DNA of 27,677 nt, taken from the IMG/VR virus record IMGVR_UViG_3300046001_006334, positions 1-27,677 of that record. One strand, written 5' to 3'. Origin of the DNA: a virus. Its lineage: Duplodnaviria > Caudoviricetes. The position numbers and the translations under genes are program-made. Below are positions 8,412-16,368 of the stretch, in pieces. The first letter of the stretch is position 1; every line of letters begins with the position of its first letter. The notes under the pieces were generated by a model that was not told the DNA's origin, ran no database searches, and saw nothing but the letters and a program-made list of their open reading frames with translations.

Positions 8412-8895
8412 CGAGGTGTTTCCAGATGTCGCCCGCCTTGATGCGGCTGACCAGCTGGTTGCTAACACCATAGGCCGCGGCGATCTGTACGTTGCTGCCG
8501 GACGCTGCGCGGATCGCGCGGACGTCCTCGTCCTTCAGTTTAGCCATCGGGTGGTCTTGTCCTTTGCGTGTGGTGCCGTGAAGTATTTGGTCGTCGCTGT
8601 TCTCTTGGTGCGTCCCGTATTTGAGATTAGTCTTGGCGCAGTTTTTCTTGTCCCCGTCAAGGTGCCGAACGACTTGGCCCTCGGTTTTAGGTGGGAGAAA
8701 AGCAGCGGCCACCAGCCGGTGGACCTGCTGGGTGGACCAGCGACCCTCCCCCGTAAGGGTCACCTGGAGATAGCCCGAAGGCCCAGCGCAGGGGGTGAGC
8801 AGCCGAGGGCCGCGCATCAAAGATCGAACGCGGCCTTGGTCACTGACCTGGTAGCGGCCTTCCTTCCCGGCTATGTCCTTCCACTGTTCCCGCAT
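8404..8895 (-). CDS. Free-standing NUMOD4-HNH homing endonuclease with C-terminal HTH
   Basis: EQWKDIAGKEGRYQVSDQGRVRS (NUMOD4), VHRLVAAAF and VRHLDGDKKNCAKTNLKYGTHQEN (HNH). Confidence 0.92.
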   Translation of the reverse strand: MREQWKDIAGKEGRYQVSDQGRVRSLMRGPRLLTPCAGPSGYLQVTLTGEGRWSTQQVHRLVAAAFLPPKTEGQVVRHLDGDKKNCAKTNLKYGTHQENSDDQILHGTTRKGQDHPMAKLKDEDVRAIRAASGSNVQIAAAYGVSNQLVSRIKAGDIWKHLDA

Positions 8896-8896
8896 C

Positions 8897-11689
8897 TCAC
8901 TTCCGATACCTAGCGCCTTCCCACCCCGACGCGGCCAGCGGAAGACCCGCGGCCCAAGGGGGGACGGCCGACATTAGTGCAGAAAGGTGGGAGCTTGTAA
9001 AGGCCTCTGTGTCAGGAGTTTCGGCTACCAACTCGTCGTGCACACCGAGAACTATAGAGTACCCCGCCGCTTCTACCGCGGGCATGTTGTGGGCCAGGAC
9101 ATCTCTTGAGCCTGCTTGCGTGGCGTTCTCGATGATCTTCCCCCCATAAGTATGAAGCTGCTCGAAGCGTCTCGTGTACTGGTTGACACCCATGTAGGTC
9201 AGCTTGCCGTCCTCGACGGCCACGCCCGGGTAGCAGAGGCAACGACCAGACGGCAGGCGCATGCGCAGCCAGCTGCCGTCCCGTTGGAAAACGAGCTTGC
9301 CGCCCGCGACCTCGACGCGCAGGCCCGGCTGCTCGGCGGCGCGGATCGCCGCGCGTTCGGCTTCGTACCACAGGTCGACGATGTGCTTGTTCTTCTTGCG
9401 CCAGGCCTTGACGATCTCCAGCGCCCGGGCGTCGGACATCTCCAGCCCGTAGATGCGGGCCATCGACTGGAACGCGCCGACCGCGCCTTGATAGCCGCAG
9501 TTGTGGACTAGTCGGCCTGCGGCAGTAAAGCGATGAAGGGGTCCGCAGTTGAGCAAGTCCCATACACGCCCTTGGGTTTGCAGCTCGGCTGTGTCCACCT
9601 CTCTGTTATCTGCTCGAAGGTCAGGCCCATCGCCAGCAAGTTTTTCAGTGTCGTGTCCGCGTACCGGACCTCCGGGTGTGTTTGCCGGAACAGATGCCAG
9701 GCCGTTGACCTCTTGCTGCGCTGCGTGTGCGACCTGTTGGCCCGGTGTGTCGACCAACGCAGGTTCCCGGCCGCGTAGTCCCCGTCGTTGTCCACCCGAT
9801 CCAGATCGTGCTTCGGGGGCGGCGGCCCTAGGTTCTCCAGCACCCAGACGTAGGCGTGCGCTACCGTCGGGAAGTCGAACTTCACGCCCCGGCCTCCGTA
9901 GTTTTTGAACCCCTTGTCCTTGGGGTTCGTGCAGCGTTGCTTGGCGGCGGTCAGCCTGCGGGCCAAGCTCGGGTGCACGAGCTTGGTTCCGTGGCCCCGT
10001 GCGGACGAGACGAAGCCCGTCAGCGGCTGCTCGGCCAAGTTCAACCGCGTCCGCCTGCCCTTCAACCCACACGAGATGATCGGGGGTGGCGCAGAGGCCG
10101 TCGTATGTGATGACACGTTTCTCTCCCTTGAACACGGGCCCGTCGGTTTGAACCCAGGCTGTTCCGTCCCACACGAAATCGCCAGGCAAGACGGTTTCGA
10201 TAGGGACTTCCCCGCGTGCCGTCAACACTAAAGTTCCTTCAAGAAGACACGCTAACTCCGGTACCTTTCCTTGCGCCTGCCGCTGGTCGTCTGTCACGTC
10301 CTCGACCTTGATGCCGAGCACCTCGGAAGCGCCGACGTGGTAGAGGTCGGGCCCTTCGCGCGCCTGCTCCAACTCCCCCTTCTTGTTGCGCACCATCAGC
10401 GGCGAACCGTCTGGGTTCCAGCGCAGGGTGTCGTAGTCCCTGAACGCGCGGAGCTTCCACTCTTCGCCCGCCAACCACGCGAGGAAGCGGCCTTCGATGT
10501 TGGCCAGATCGGACGACACCATCTTCTTGCCGGGGCCGACGGTCAACGCGCCGCGGGTGCAGTTGGCGGCGACGTTCATGACGTTGTCGTAGAGCAGGTC
10601 GGCACAGTCGGCGAGGAAGGCTTCGATGGCGTCGAGGATCGCTTGTTGCTTCAGCGTCGGACGCATCAGGTTCTGGGGCTGGAAGAGGCGGCCAGCCCAA
10701 CGGCCCGTGCGCGCAGCGCCGCAGAACTGGAGCGTGCCGCGCAGTCGCCCGTCGCTCGACGTGCCTCGCATCAGCGCCTTGTACTTGGTGGTCGACGTCA
10801 CCGTCGCCATGAGCCGGATGCGCAGCAAGTCCTTGACCGGCTCGGGCAGGTTCTCATCGGCGAGCCGGCGCTCCAGCGTGCCCTTCTGCATGTTGGGCAG
10901 GTCCACCCCGAACTCGCCGAGCAGGTACTTCAGGAAGGCGTCGCGCTTGGTGGTGCTCTCCAGCCCCTGCCCGGTCTCGGGATCGAAGCCGGTCAGCATC
11001 TGGGTCTTGGCCTTCAGCCCGACCTTGGCCAGGTCCGTGGCGCGCACGGCGGCAGCGGCCAGCGCCAGGTCGACGGCGACGCCCCTGTCGTTGATCTTCT
11101 GGTCGAGCACCCACAGTGCCCGCTCGCGCGCGTTGCCGGGGTAGTTCCATTTCGGCATGCGCTTCTTGACTTCGCGCATCGAGACGATGTCCGAGCCGGC
11201 GTAGTCGAGGAACCGCTGCCACTCGACAGGGTGGGTGTGGCGCGTCGCGCGCCTGATCTTCTGGTTCTTGGGCCTGGGCTTGCAGAAGAGCTGCACCAAG
11301 CTCTTGCCCGCCTTGTGCTTGGACAGGTCCACGGGCACGCCGAGGATCGAGCAGAGGGTGTCGAGCGACCCGGGCAGGCTGTGCGCCAGGGCCTGGACCA
11401 TCGTGTCCCAGATGCGCTCGAGCGGCATCTCGTAGCCCCAGGCGTGACGCAGGACCGTGCGGTCGAAGGCCGAGTTCTGCCAGACCTGCTCATCGGCGGC
11501 GTCGGCCGCGGCCAAGGCCACCTTGACCTTGTCCTCCCAGCCGGGCGCGGTGCAGTCGATGACCTCGACCGGACCGTCGTCGAGCGCCCAGGCGAAGATC
11601 GTGATCTCGACGTCCTCGGCGTAGCGGTGCAGGCCGTGGTTCAGCGGCGTCTCGCAGTAGGTCTCGGTGTCCCCGTAGAAGGTGGTCAC
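8897..11689 (-). CDS. Family A DNA polymerase (BPP-1/APSE-like), 930-aa precursor containing an intein; 680 aa after splicing
   Basis: Exonuclease DTETY and NSAFDR, RTGRWAG...QPQNL, motif A DLANIEGR, motif B KVPELA/CGYQG interrupted by the intein, motif C VHDELV. Confidence 0.95.
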   Translation of the reverse strand: MTTFYGDTETYCETPLNHGLHRYAEDVEITIFAWALDDGPVEVIDCTAPGWEDKVKVALAAADAADEQVWQNSAFDRTVLRHAWGYEMPLERIWDTMVQALAHSLPGSLDTLCSILGVPVDLSKHKAGKSLVQLFCKPRPKNQKIRRATRHTHPVEWQRFLDYAGSDIVSMREVKKRMPKWNYPGNARERALWVLDQKINDRGVAVDLALAAAAVRATDLAKVGLKAKTQMLTGFDPETGQGLESTTKRDAFLKYLLGEFGVDLPNMQKGTLERRLADENLPEPVKDLLRIRLMATVTSTTKYKALMRGTSSDGRLRGTLQFCGAARTGRWAGRLFQPQNLMRPTLKQQAILDAIEAFLADCADLLYDNVMNVAANCTRGALTVGPGKKMVSSDLANIEGRFLAWLAGEEWKLRAFRDYDTLRWNPDGSPLMVRNKKGELEQAREGPDLYHVGASEVLGIKVEDVTDDQRQAQGKVPELACLLEGTLVLTARGEVPIETVLPGDFVWDGTAWVQTDGPVFKGEKRVITYDGLCATPDHLVWVEGQADAVELGRAAADGLRLVRTGPRNQARAPELGPQADRRQATLHEPQGQGVQKLRRPGREVRLPDGSARLRLGAGEPRAAAPEARSGSGGQRRGLRGREPALVDTPGQQVAHAAQQEVNGLASVPANTPGGPVRGHDTEKLAGDGPDLRADNREVDTAELQTQGRVWDLLNCGPLHRFTAAGRLVHNCGYQGAVGAFQSMARIYGLEMSDARALEIVKAWRKKNKHIVDLWYEAERAAIRAAEQPGLRVEVAGGKLVFQRDGSWLRMRLPSGRCLCYPGVAVEDGKLTYMGVNQYTRRFEQLHTYGGKIIENATQAGSRDVLAHNMPAVEAAGYSIVLGVHDELVAETPDTEAFTSSHLSALMSAVPPWAAGLPLAASGWEGARYRK
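9508..10116 (-). CDS. HNH-type homing endonuclease overprinted in the +1 frame inside the intein
   Basis: KQRCTNPKDKGFKNYGGRGVK...LGPPP..HDLDRVDNDGDYAAGNLRWST..AN is a phage HNH signature. GTG start at 10116 with AAGGGAG 6 nt upstream; TAG at 9508-9510. Confidence 0.85.
   Translation of the reverse strand: MSSHTTASAPPPIISCGLKGRRTRLNLAEQPLTGFVSSARGHGTKLVHPSLARRLTAAKQRCTNPKDKGFKNYGGRGVKFDFPTVAHAYVWVLENLGPPPPKHDLDRVDNDGDYAAGNLRWSTHRANRSHTQRSKRSTAWHLFRQTHPEVRYADTTLKNLLAMGLTFEQITERWTQPSCKPKGVYGTCSTADPFIALLPQAD
10123..10129 (-). promoter_or_regulatory. Internal Shine-Dalgarno (AAGGGAG) for the nested HNH ORF
   Basis: Minus strand reads TTCAAGGGAGAGAAAC-GTG, a 6-nt spacer. Confidence 0.6.
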
Positions 11690-11871
11690 TTCGGCACCAC
11701 GTCGGTGGTCAGGTCTTCAAAGTCCTCTGGGCTGGCCGGAGCTTTAGCCCGCGCGAGAGCAGCAGCGCGCCCCCGGGTCCGACGGCGTGTTCGCGCCGAG
11801 AACAAGAAGGCGTCTTCGTCCCAATACCCGCCGAGAGCAGCTTCGATGGCGTCGTCCGCGGCGTCTCCCAT
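11686..11871 (-). CDS. Small hypothetical protein coupled to the polymerase start
   Basis: TGATG overlap at 11869-11873 and GTGA overlap with the polymerase start; contains EDFEDL. Confidence 0.55.
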   Translation of the reverse strand: MGDAADDAIEAALGGYWDEDAFLFSARTRRRTRGRAAALARAKAPASPEDFEDLTTDVVPK

Positions 11872-12503
11872 CACCGGCTCCACCGCGAGGATTGGCGGCT
11901 CCGAAGCCGGGTCCAGGTCCAGCCGAAGGCCGACTTGGTGACGCCGCCCATCGCGTTGCGGATGGCCTTCTGCCAGTTGTCCTTACGCTCGCCGGTCATG
12001 CAGCGCGCGGCCTCGGTGACGGTCATGAAGTAGAGCACCTCGCCGCCCCGGCGCGCTTCCAGCGCGGCGCTGGCAGCGGGAATGTCGATGTAATAGCTGC
12101 GGGGCTTCTCAATGTCGGGCGTGCTGGACTTCGGGCCGCGCCGTGCCGTCTGCACGTCGACCCGGTCCACCGAGCCCTCGATCCGGTAGCGGCTGTCCTT
12201 GGCCAGGAGCGCGAGGCGGATGCGCTCGGCGTGCTCCAGCCGGTCGGGCCGGGGATCGCCCGTGGCCTCTGGCGGCAAGGGGGTGCCAGGTCTGCGGTCG
12301 GTGTCGGTGCGCTTGAAGTGGGTGTGCGAAGAGTGGTTCGCCTGCACCGTCAAGCGAAGCTCGACCGCCACGCCGTGATAGGCCCGGCTCCGGTCGAACA
12401 CGGGCAGATCGCCACCCTCCTGCAGGCGTTTCTGCGAGGTCGTCTCCAGCCTGCCGTAGGTGTTGACCTTCGGTGTGTGCGGGCGAGGGAGGGGATTGGT
12501 CAT
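11871..12503 (-). CDS. Hypothetical DNA-binding protein with C-terminal NUMOD1-like HTH
   Basis: RBS GAAGGACAAGAGACA-ATG at 12503; C-terminus YFMTVTEAARCM...IRNAMGG...SAFGWTW resembles NUMOD1. Confidence 0.6.
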   Translation of the reverse strand: MTNPLPRPHTPKVNTYGRLETTSQKRLQEGGDLPVFDRSRAYHGVAVELRLTVQANHSSHTHFKRTDTDRRPGTPLPPEATGDPRPDRLEHAERIRLALLAKDSRYRIEGSVDRVDVQTARRGPKSSTPDIEKPRSYYIDIPAASAALEARRGGEVLYFMTVTEAARCMTGERKDNWQKAIRNAMGGVTKSAFGWTWTRLRSRQSSRWSR

Positions 12504-12561
12504 TGTCTCTTGTCCTTCTAGCAGATCGGGGGCGGCCGGGAGAGGCCGCCCCTTCTCCTGT

Positions 12562-13146
12562 TTACGCGAGTTCGCCTGCGTCAGCACCATCGTCGATGGG
12601 CGCGAAGTCGCTGGCCACAGCCGGCGCGCCGCCCGTGAAGGCGTCGCCGTCACGTACGAACTGGACAGCCTTCAGTGTGGCGCGGATGGCCTTGCCGAAG
12701 TTGTTGTCCTGGGCCCAGAACTCGACCTGGACGATGACGTGGCACCCGCCGTAGGGTTTGCCGTCGCTCTCGACCAACGGCGAGGTGTCCCGGTCGATGA
12801 CCAGGGGCCGCGGGTCGCGCTTCGGATCGGCGCTCGCGGAGATGTAGTACATGCCCTCGAAGCCGTCGTAGGCGTCGCCTTCCTTGTCGAGGTAGGGCTG
12901 CTTGATGAACGCGACTTCGAGGGTCTTCGGCTTGCCGGTCTTGACCAGGCCAGCCATGACCTTCTCGGCCTTCTCGCCCCACTTGAGGCGGGCGGCGGCC
13001 ATCATGCCTTCATCGAGCTTCTTGACGGTCGCCGTGTCGGAGGGGTCGATGATGAACTTGCCGTTCCACTTCGGCGGGCCGTTCTCGTAGGAGGCCGCCG
13101 TGAAGAGGTTAAGGAACGCGGCGCGGGCGGGGACTTGGATTTTCAT
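12562..13146 (-). CDS. DUF2815 family single-stranded DNA-binding protein (T7 gp2.5-like)
   Basis: RAAFLNLF, P.VID.D..PL.E.DGKPYGGC.V, WAQDNNFGKAIRATLKAVQFVRDGDAF.GG and an acidic tail. The frame is also open upstream to 13317, so the start is uncertain. Confidence 0.9.
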   Translation of the reverse strand: MKIQVPARAAFLNLFTAASYENGPPKWNGKFIIDPSDTATVKKLDEGMMAAARLKWGEKAEKVMAGLVKTGKPKTLEVAFIKQPYLDKEGDAYDGFEGMYYISASADPKRDPRPLVIDRDTSPLVESDGKPYGGCHVIVQVEFWAQDNNFGKAIRATLKAVQFVRDGDAFTGGAPAVASDFAPIDDGADAGELA

Positions 13147-13320
13147 GGTCTGATTTCTCGTTTCTGATTTCAGCGTTTCAGGATGATTTCTAGCGATAGT
13201 CTCGTAGGCACGATCAATAGCTATGCGCCGGGCCAGAGACCCTGGCAAGCCTGTTTTTGCCGCCTCTTTAAGAAGAGCCTCGGCTGCGGCGGGCAGCTCT
13301 CCAATCAGCCGGGACATGGG

Positions 13321-13416
13321 TCAGCGCACCGGCCACATGGTGTCGATCAGATCGACGGTCAGGCGGTATCCGCCGTATCCTGCGAGCAGGATTATGGTGA
13401 AGTCGAAGGCGGTCAC
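13321..13416 (-). CDS. Putative 31-aa hydrophobic peptide
   Basis: GTG 1 nt after the acb2 stop; MTAFDFTIILLAGYGGYRLTVDLIDTMWPVR. Confidence 0.4.
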   Translation of the reverse strand: MTAFDFTIILLAGYGGYRLTVDLIDTMWPVR

Positions 13417-13417
13417 G

Positions 13418-13660
13418 TCAGAACGTCGTGGGTTGGGCCACGGCGCGAACGAGCGCCATGATGCCGGTCTGAAGATCGGTTTTGCCGATGGCCGCCCAGC
13501 GGTAGCAGTCGCTGCCCGTCCAAGCGGGTTTGACGGTGTCGACGACCTTGGCGTACAGGGTGTCCAGCTCTGAGGCCTTGGCCTTGATCTCGTTCATCAG
13601 GTCGATCTCGGCCTGCGACAGGTCGCGATAGCCCGTGATCTTGGTGTGTTGGTCTTTCAT
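13418..13660 (-). CDS. acb2: Anti-CBASS cyclic-oligonucleotide sponge Acb2
   Basis: MKDQHTKITGYRDLSQAEIDLMNEIK...RWAAIGKTDLQTGIMALVRAVAQPTTF matches Acb2 (NQHKKIKGYRDLSQEEID.MN..K...RW.AIGKTD.QTG.MA..RA.AQP..F). Y11 and K26 are conserved; AGGAGG RBS. Confidence 0.92.
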   Translation of the reverse strand: MKDQHTKITGYRDLSQAEIDLMNEIKAKASELDTLYAKVVDTVKPAWTGSDCYRWAAIGKTDLQTGIMALVRAVAQPTTF

Positions 13661-13672
13661 GTGGTGGTCCTC

Positions 13673-14929
13673 CTAGACCAGGTCGGAACCGTCGTCGATG
13701 ACGGCGAAGTCGTCCGCGGTTGCGGCGACGGTGATGGCGGGCCGCTTGTCGCTGTCGGGCGCGACGCTCGGCTTGCCCTGGCTCTGGGCGTATTGGCCCT
13801 GCAGCTTCTTCCACTGGCGAGGCCCGATGTCGCCGGCCTTGGCCAGCTTCTCGGCCGTGGTCGGGGAGATCAGCGACAGGTCGTACATCTGCTCGGTCTT
13901 GAGCCGCATGCTCTTCAGCTGCAGCTCGGCCTCGTCGGGGTTGACCCATTTCCGGTGGCCCTTCTTGCCTTCGACCAGCTTGAAGCCCGGCACCGTGCCG
14001 CCCGACGTCAGGCGGCGTTCGGTCTCGGCGCGGACGGCCTTGCAGAACATCTCCAGCAGGTCGACCTTGTCGAGCGCCGCGCCGAGCACGTCGCCGGGCA
14101 CCTCGGCCAGAGCGTCGGGCAGGGTCTCGGCGGTCAGGTCCGCGAAGTCCTCGACCTGGGCCGCCGTGGTGACGACCGCGGTGGTCTCGGCGGCGAGCGC
14201 CGGACACACGGCCTTGGCCTTGCACCACTGGCATTGGCTCTCGCCGGGGTTCAGCTCGGGCTTGCGGCCACCGTTGAACTGGTAGACCGCATGCGCCGCG
14301 CCGATCCTGGCCTCGGAGGCGAACTCCAGCAGGTCTTCGACGCTGATCTCGTGGGCGCTCGGCTCCATCGAGACCTTGGGCTGGTAGATCGTCAGCACCA
14401 CCCGCTCGATGTCGTAGCAAAGCGAGGCCACGTCCAGCGCCCCGAGGGCGTAGAGCATCAGCTGTTTGTTGTCCTCGGCGGCGACGTAGCGCCGGCCGTA
14501 CTTCAGGTCAACGACGTGCAGCGTCGTGCCCACGATCACGATGGTGTCCGCGGTGCCGAAGCAGTCGGGCTGACCGAGAGTGGCCGACAGGTCAACGACC
14601 TGTTCGACCATCAGTTCGCCGCCCAGGCCGCGGACGTAGTCGCAGTAGCCCTGGATGCCGAGGACCATGTCCTCGTCGACCTCGAACTTGCGGCCGCTGT
14701 CCTCGATCTCGATCAGCCGACCGGCGTAGGCCGAGGCGTCCTGGCCAGAGGTCAGGCACCATTCCATCAGCTGGTGGGCGGCGGTGCCCTCGTCGGCGTA
14801 GACGGAGGAGGTGTCGGGGAAGGGCTCTTCCATCTTGAGGGAGCCCGGGCAGGCCATCCAGCGGTGAGCGCCGGAGGGCGAGAGGCGGGCGTGGGCCTTG
14901 CTGGCGGTGGTGTCAGGTGCTTCTGCCAT
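13673..14929 (-). CDS. DUF2800 family PD-(D/E)XK (Cas4-like) exonuclease
   Basis: [48 protein letters not shown] and [14 protein letters not shown] at 14929 via a TGATG overlap. Confidence 0.92.
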   Translation of the reverse strand: MAEAPDTTASKAHARLSPSGAHRWMACPGSLKMEEPFPDTSSVYADEGTAAHQLMEWCLTSGQDASAYAGRLIEIEDSGRKFEVDEDMVLGIQGYCDYVRGLGGELMVEQVVDLSATLGQPDCFGTADTIVIVGTTLHVVDLKYGRRYVAAEDNKQLMLYALGALDVASLCYDIERVVLTIYQPKVSMEPSAHEISVEDLLEFASEARIGAAHAVYQFNGGRKPELNPGESQCQWCKAKAVCPALAAETTAVVTTAAQVEDFADLTAETLPDALAEVPGDVLGAALDKVDLLEMFCKAVRAETERRLTSGGTVPGFKLVEGKKGHRKWVNPDEAELQLKSMRLKTEQMYDLSLISPTTAEKLAKAGDIGPRQWKKLQGQYAQSQGKPSVAPDSDKRPAITVAATADDFAVIDDGSDLV

Positions 14930-15099
14930 CAGACTTTGTCCCGCTGTTTGAGAGCGTCCAGGCCGACGCCGAACGTGAGGGCGGCCAAGAGGCACAGCGC
15001 CACCGCGCCGGGCGCGCTCGACATCTCCAGAGCGCCTCGCAGGTTGGAGCCCGCTGCGGCGAAGTTGATGAACACGCTCGCTGTCCAGTATTTCTTCAC
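14929..15099 (-). CDS. Small membrane protein (56 aa)
   Basis: [56 protein letters not shown]; coupled at both ends (GTGA, TGATG). Confidence 0.6.
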   Translation of the reverse strand: MKKYWTASVFINFAAAGSNLRGALEMSSAPGAVALCLLAALTFGVGLDALKQRDKV

Positions 15100-15308
15100 G
15101 TCTCGATCTCCCCGCGCTGGGCCTTGAGCACCAGCAGTTTGCGCAACACGCGCTTGCGCTCACCCCGGGTGAGCAGAATGTCCTCCCCTCCGACCCGCAA
15201 CGCTTTCACGTTGCGGGGGAGGCTCGGGTCTCGTTTGGCCGGGCCAGGCAAGGGGGCCTGGACCAAGTCCGCGCCGAAGATCATTGCGCCGCCCGACGGG
15301 CTGGACAT
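15096..15308 (-). CDS. Hypothetical protein
   Basis: Fills the gap between coupled neighbours; start uncertain (15308 or 15284). Confidence 0.5.
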   Translation of the reverse strand: MSSPSGGAMIFGADLVQAPLPGPAKRDPSLPRNVKALRVGGEDILLTRGERKRVLRKLLVLKAQRGEIET

Positions 15309-15312
15309 GCCC

Positions 15313-15558
15313 CTACGCACGGCTGTCGCAGGGGTGGTTGTAAATCCAGCGGCGGCGCTGGCGGGACAACGTCTCCGGGGGCCTCGGGCCGACCTGCTCT
15401 GCGCGGGCGGCAAGGCGAGCCACAGCGCGCTGGCGGCCGGGCCCGGTGCCCCGGGAGGGGTTGCGGCTCGGCCCGCTGTTTGGGCCGGGACCGCTGACCG
15501 CAGACACCGAGGCCATCAACCCCATCGCCGCGATGCTCATCATGCTGCGCCCGCGCAT
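15313..15558 (-). CDS. Hypothetical basic protein
   Basis: TGATG overlap with the upstream gene; Arg-rich C-terminus. Confidence 0.5.
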   Translation of the reverse strand: MRGRSMMSIAAMGLMASVSAVSGPGPNSGPSRNPSRGTGPGRQRAVARLAARAEQVGPRPPETLSRQRRRWIYNHPCDSRA

Positions 15559-15989
15559 CAGCCGAGCACCTCTTCAGCGCGGGCCAGGAACGGGCCCCAC
15601 TGTTCTTCGGTCAGGTCGCCGCCGACCTTGGCGTTGAACTCGCCGAGCAGGTCGACAGCGGCCTGCCGGCCCTTGGTTGTCGAGACCTTCATGACGGCGG
15701 CCTTGACCTGGGCGTAGTCAATAGCCGAGCCGCTCTCGTTCTCGTCGGAGGCAGGTTCCGTCTGGCCCGTCGCCGGCTCGCCAGCGTCGCCAGCCGTTTC
15801 CGGTTCGGGCGTAACAGGGGTGGTCTCCTTGGCCTTGGCAGACCGGGCAGCGGTCTTCGGCTTTTCCGGCTCGGCCGTGGCCTCCGGGGCCTGCAGCGCG
15901 CCGTCCACCGAGCGGATGGACATGGCGGCGGCCAGGTTGTTGATGGCCTGGGCCAGCTCGGGGCATTTGATGTCGAGGGTGATGTTCAC
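15558..15989 (-). CDS. Conserved phage protein of the type usually found upstream of DUF2800 (helical ends, Ala/Pro/Glu linker)
   Basis: ELAQAINNLAAA N-terminus, low-complexity linker and C-terminal YAQVKAAV..VS..KGRQAAVDLL.EF.A.....L..EQW..FL. Confidence 0.75.
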   Translation of the reverse strand: MNITLDIKCPELAQAINNLAAAMSIRSVDGALQAPEATAEPEKPKTAARSAKAKETTPVTPEPETAGDAGEPATGQTEPASDENESGSAIDYAQVKAAVMKVSTTKGRQAAVDLLGEFNAKVGGDLTEEQWGPFLARAEEVLG

Positions 15990-16183
15990 AGCATGTGTTC
16001 CTTTTCGAAGTCGGTGAAGGTGTTCGGGGCTTGCTCGTCGGAGCTGAAGACGTAGCAGTCGTTGAGGCGCTCGACGAGTTCGAGGACCAGGTCGCCGTCG
16101 GGCTGCATCAGGTTGCGGTGCACGCGGCGGGCGTACTCGACGAGGTCGCGCACGGACATGGACTGGAGCTGGGTGCGGGTCAT
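15986..16183 (-). CDS. Hypothetical protein
   Basis: ATGA and GTGA coupling at both ends; MTRTQLQSMSVRDLVEYA...ELVERL. Confidence 0.65.
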   Translation of the reverse strand: MTRTQLQSMSVRDLVEYARRVHRNLMQPDGDLVLELVERLNDCYVFSSDEQAPNTFTDFEKEHML

Positions 16184-16368
16184 GAGAGCCACCAGATGGC
16201 CAGAGCCACTTCGAGGGCGACGCCCGCCACCAGGATGGCTAAGAGGACCAGAGAGAAGAGCGGCGTGCGCACATTCTCCTCGGCGGCCCACGCGTACCAC
16301 TGGTTCATGGCTTGGCAGCTGCCCACGAGCAGCAGGAGCCCGGCGAGGGAGAAAGCTACGTCGCGCAT
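16180..16368 (-). CDS. Small two-TM membrane protein
   Basis: TGATG-coupled ATG at 16368; two hydrophobic segments. Confidence 0.6.
   Translation of the reverse strand: MRDVAFSLAGLLLLVGSCQAMNQWYAWAAEENVRTPLFSLVLLAILVAGVALEVALAIWWLS

Larger units (their letters stand above)
9500..10249 (-). mobile_element. Class 1 intein (250 aa, precursor residues 481-730) inserted in polymerase motif B
   Basis: Block A CLLEGTLVLTARGEVPIETV, block B ATPDHLVW (TxxH), blocks F/G VWDLLNCGPLHRFTAAGRLVHN, then Cys+1. Removing it restores GKVPELA-CGYQG. Confidence 0.93.

Noticed and set aside
9508-10116. Nested HNH explained as a sequencing frameshift or pseudogene
   Set aside because: Both frames are continuously open, the intein ends and polymerase frame are intact, and the +1 ORF has its own SD, start and stop. 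An artefact would need two compensating errors; a read check is still advised.
12529-12552. GC hairpin after the SSB gene as an intrinsic terminator
   Set aside because: There is no U-tract on the coding (minus) strand; it is more likely a stability or processing element.
13673-14929. Cas4-like nuclease as evidence of a CRISPR-Cas system
   Set aside because: It is DUF2800 in its usual phage context with the SSB and polymerase; there are no cas genes or array.
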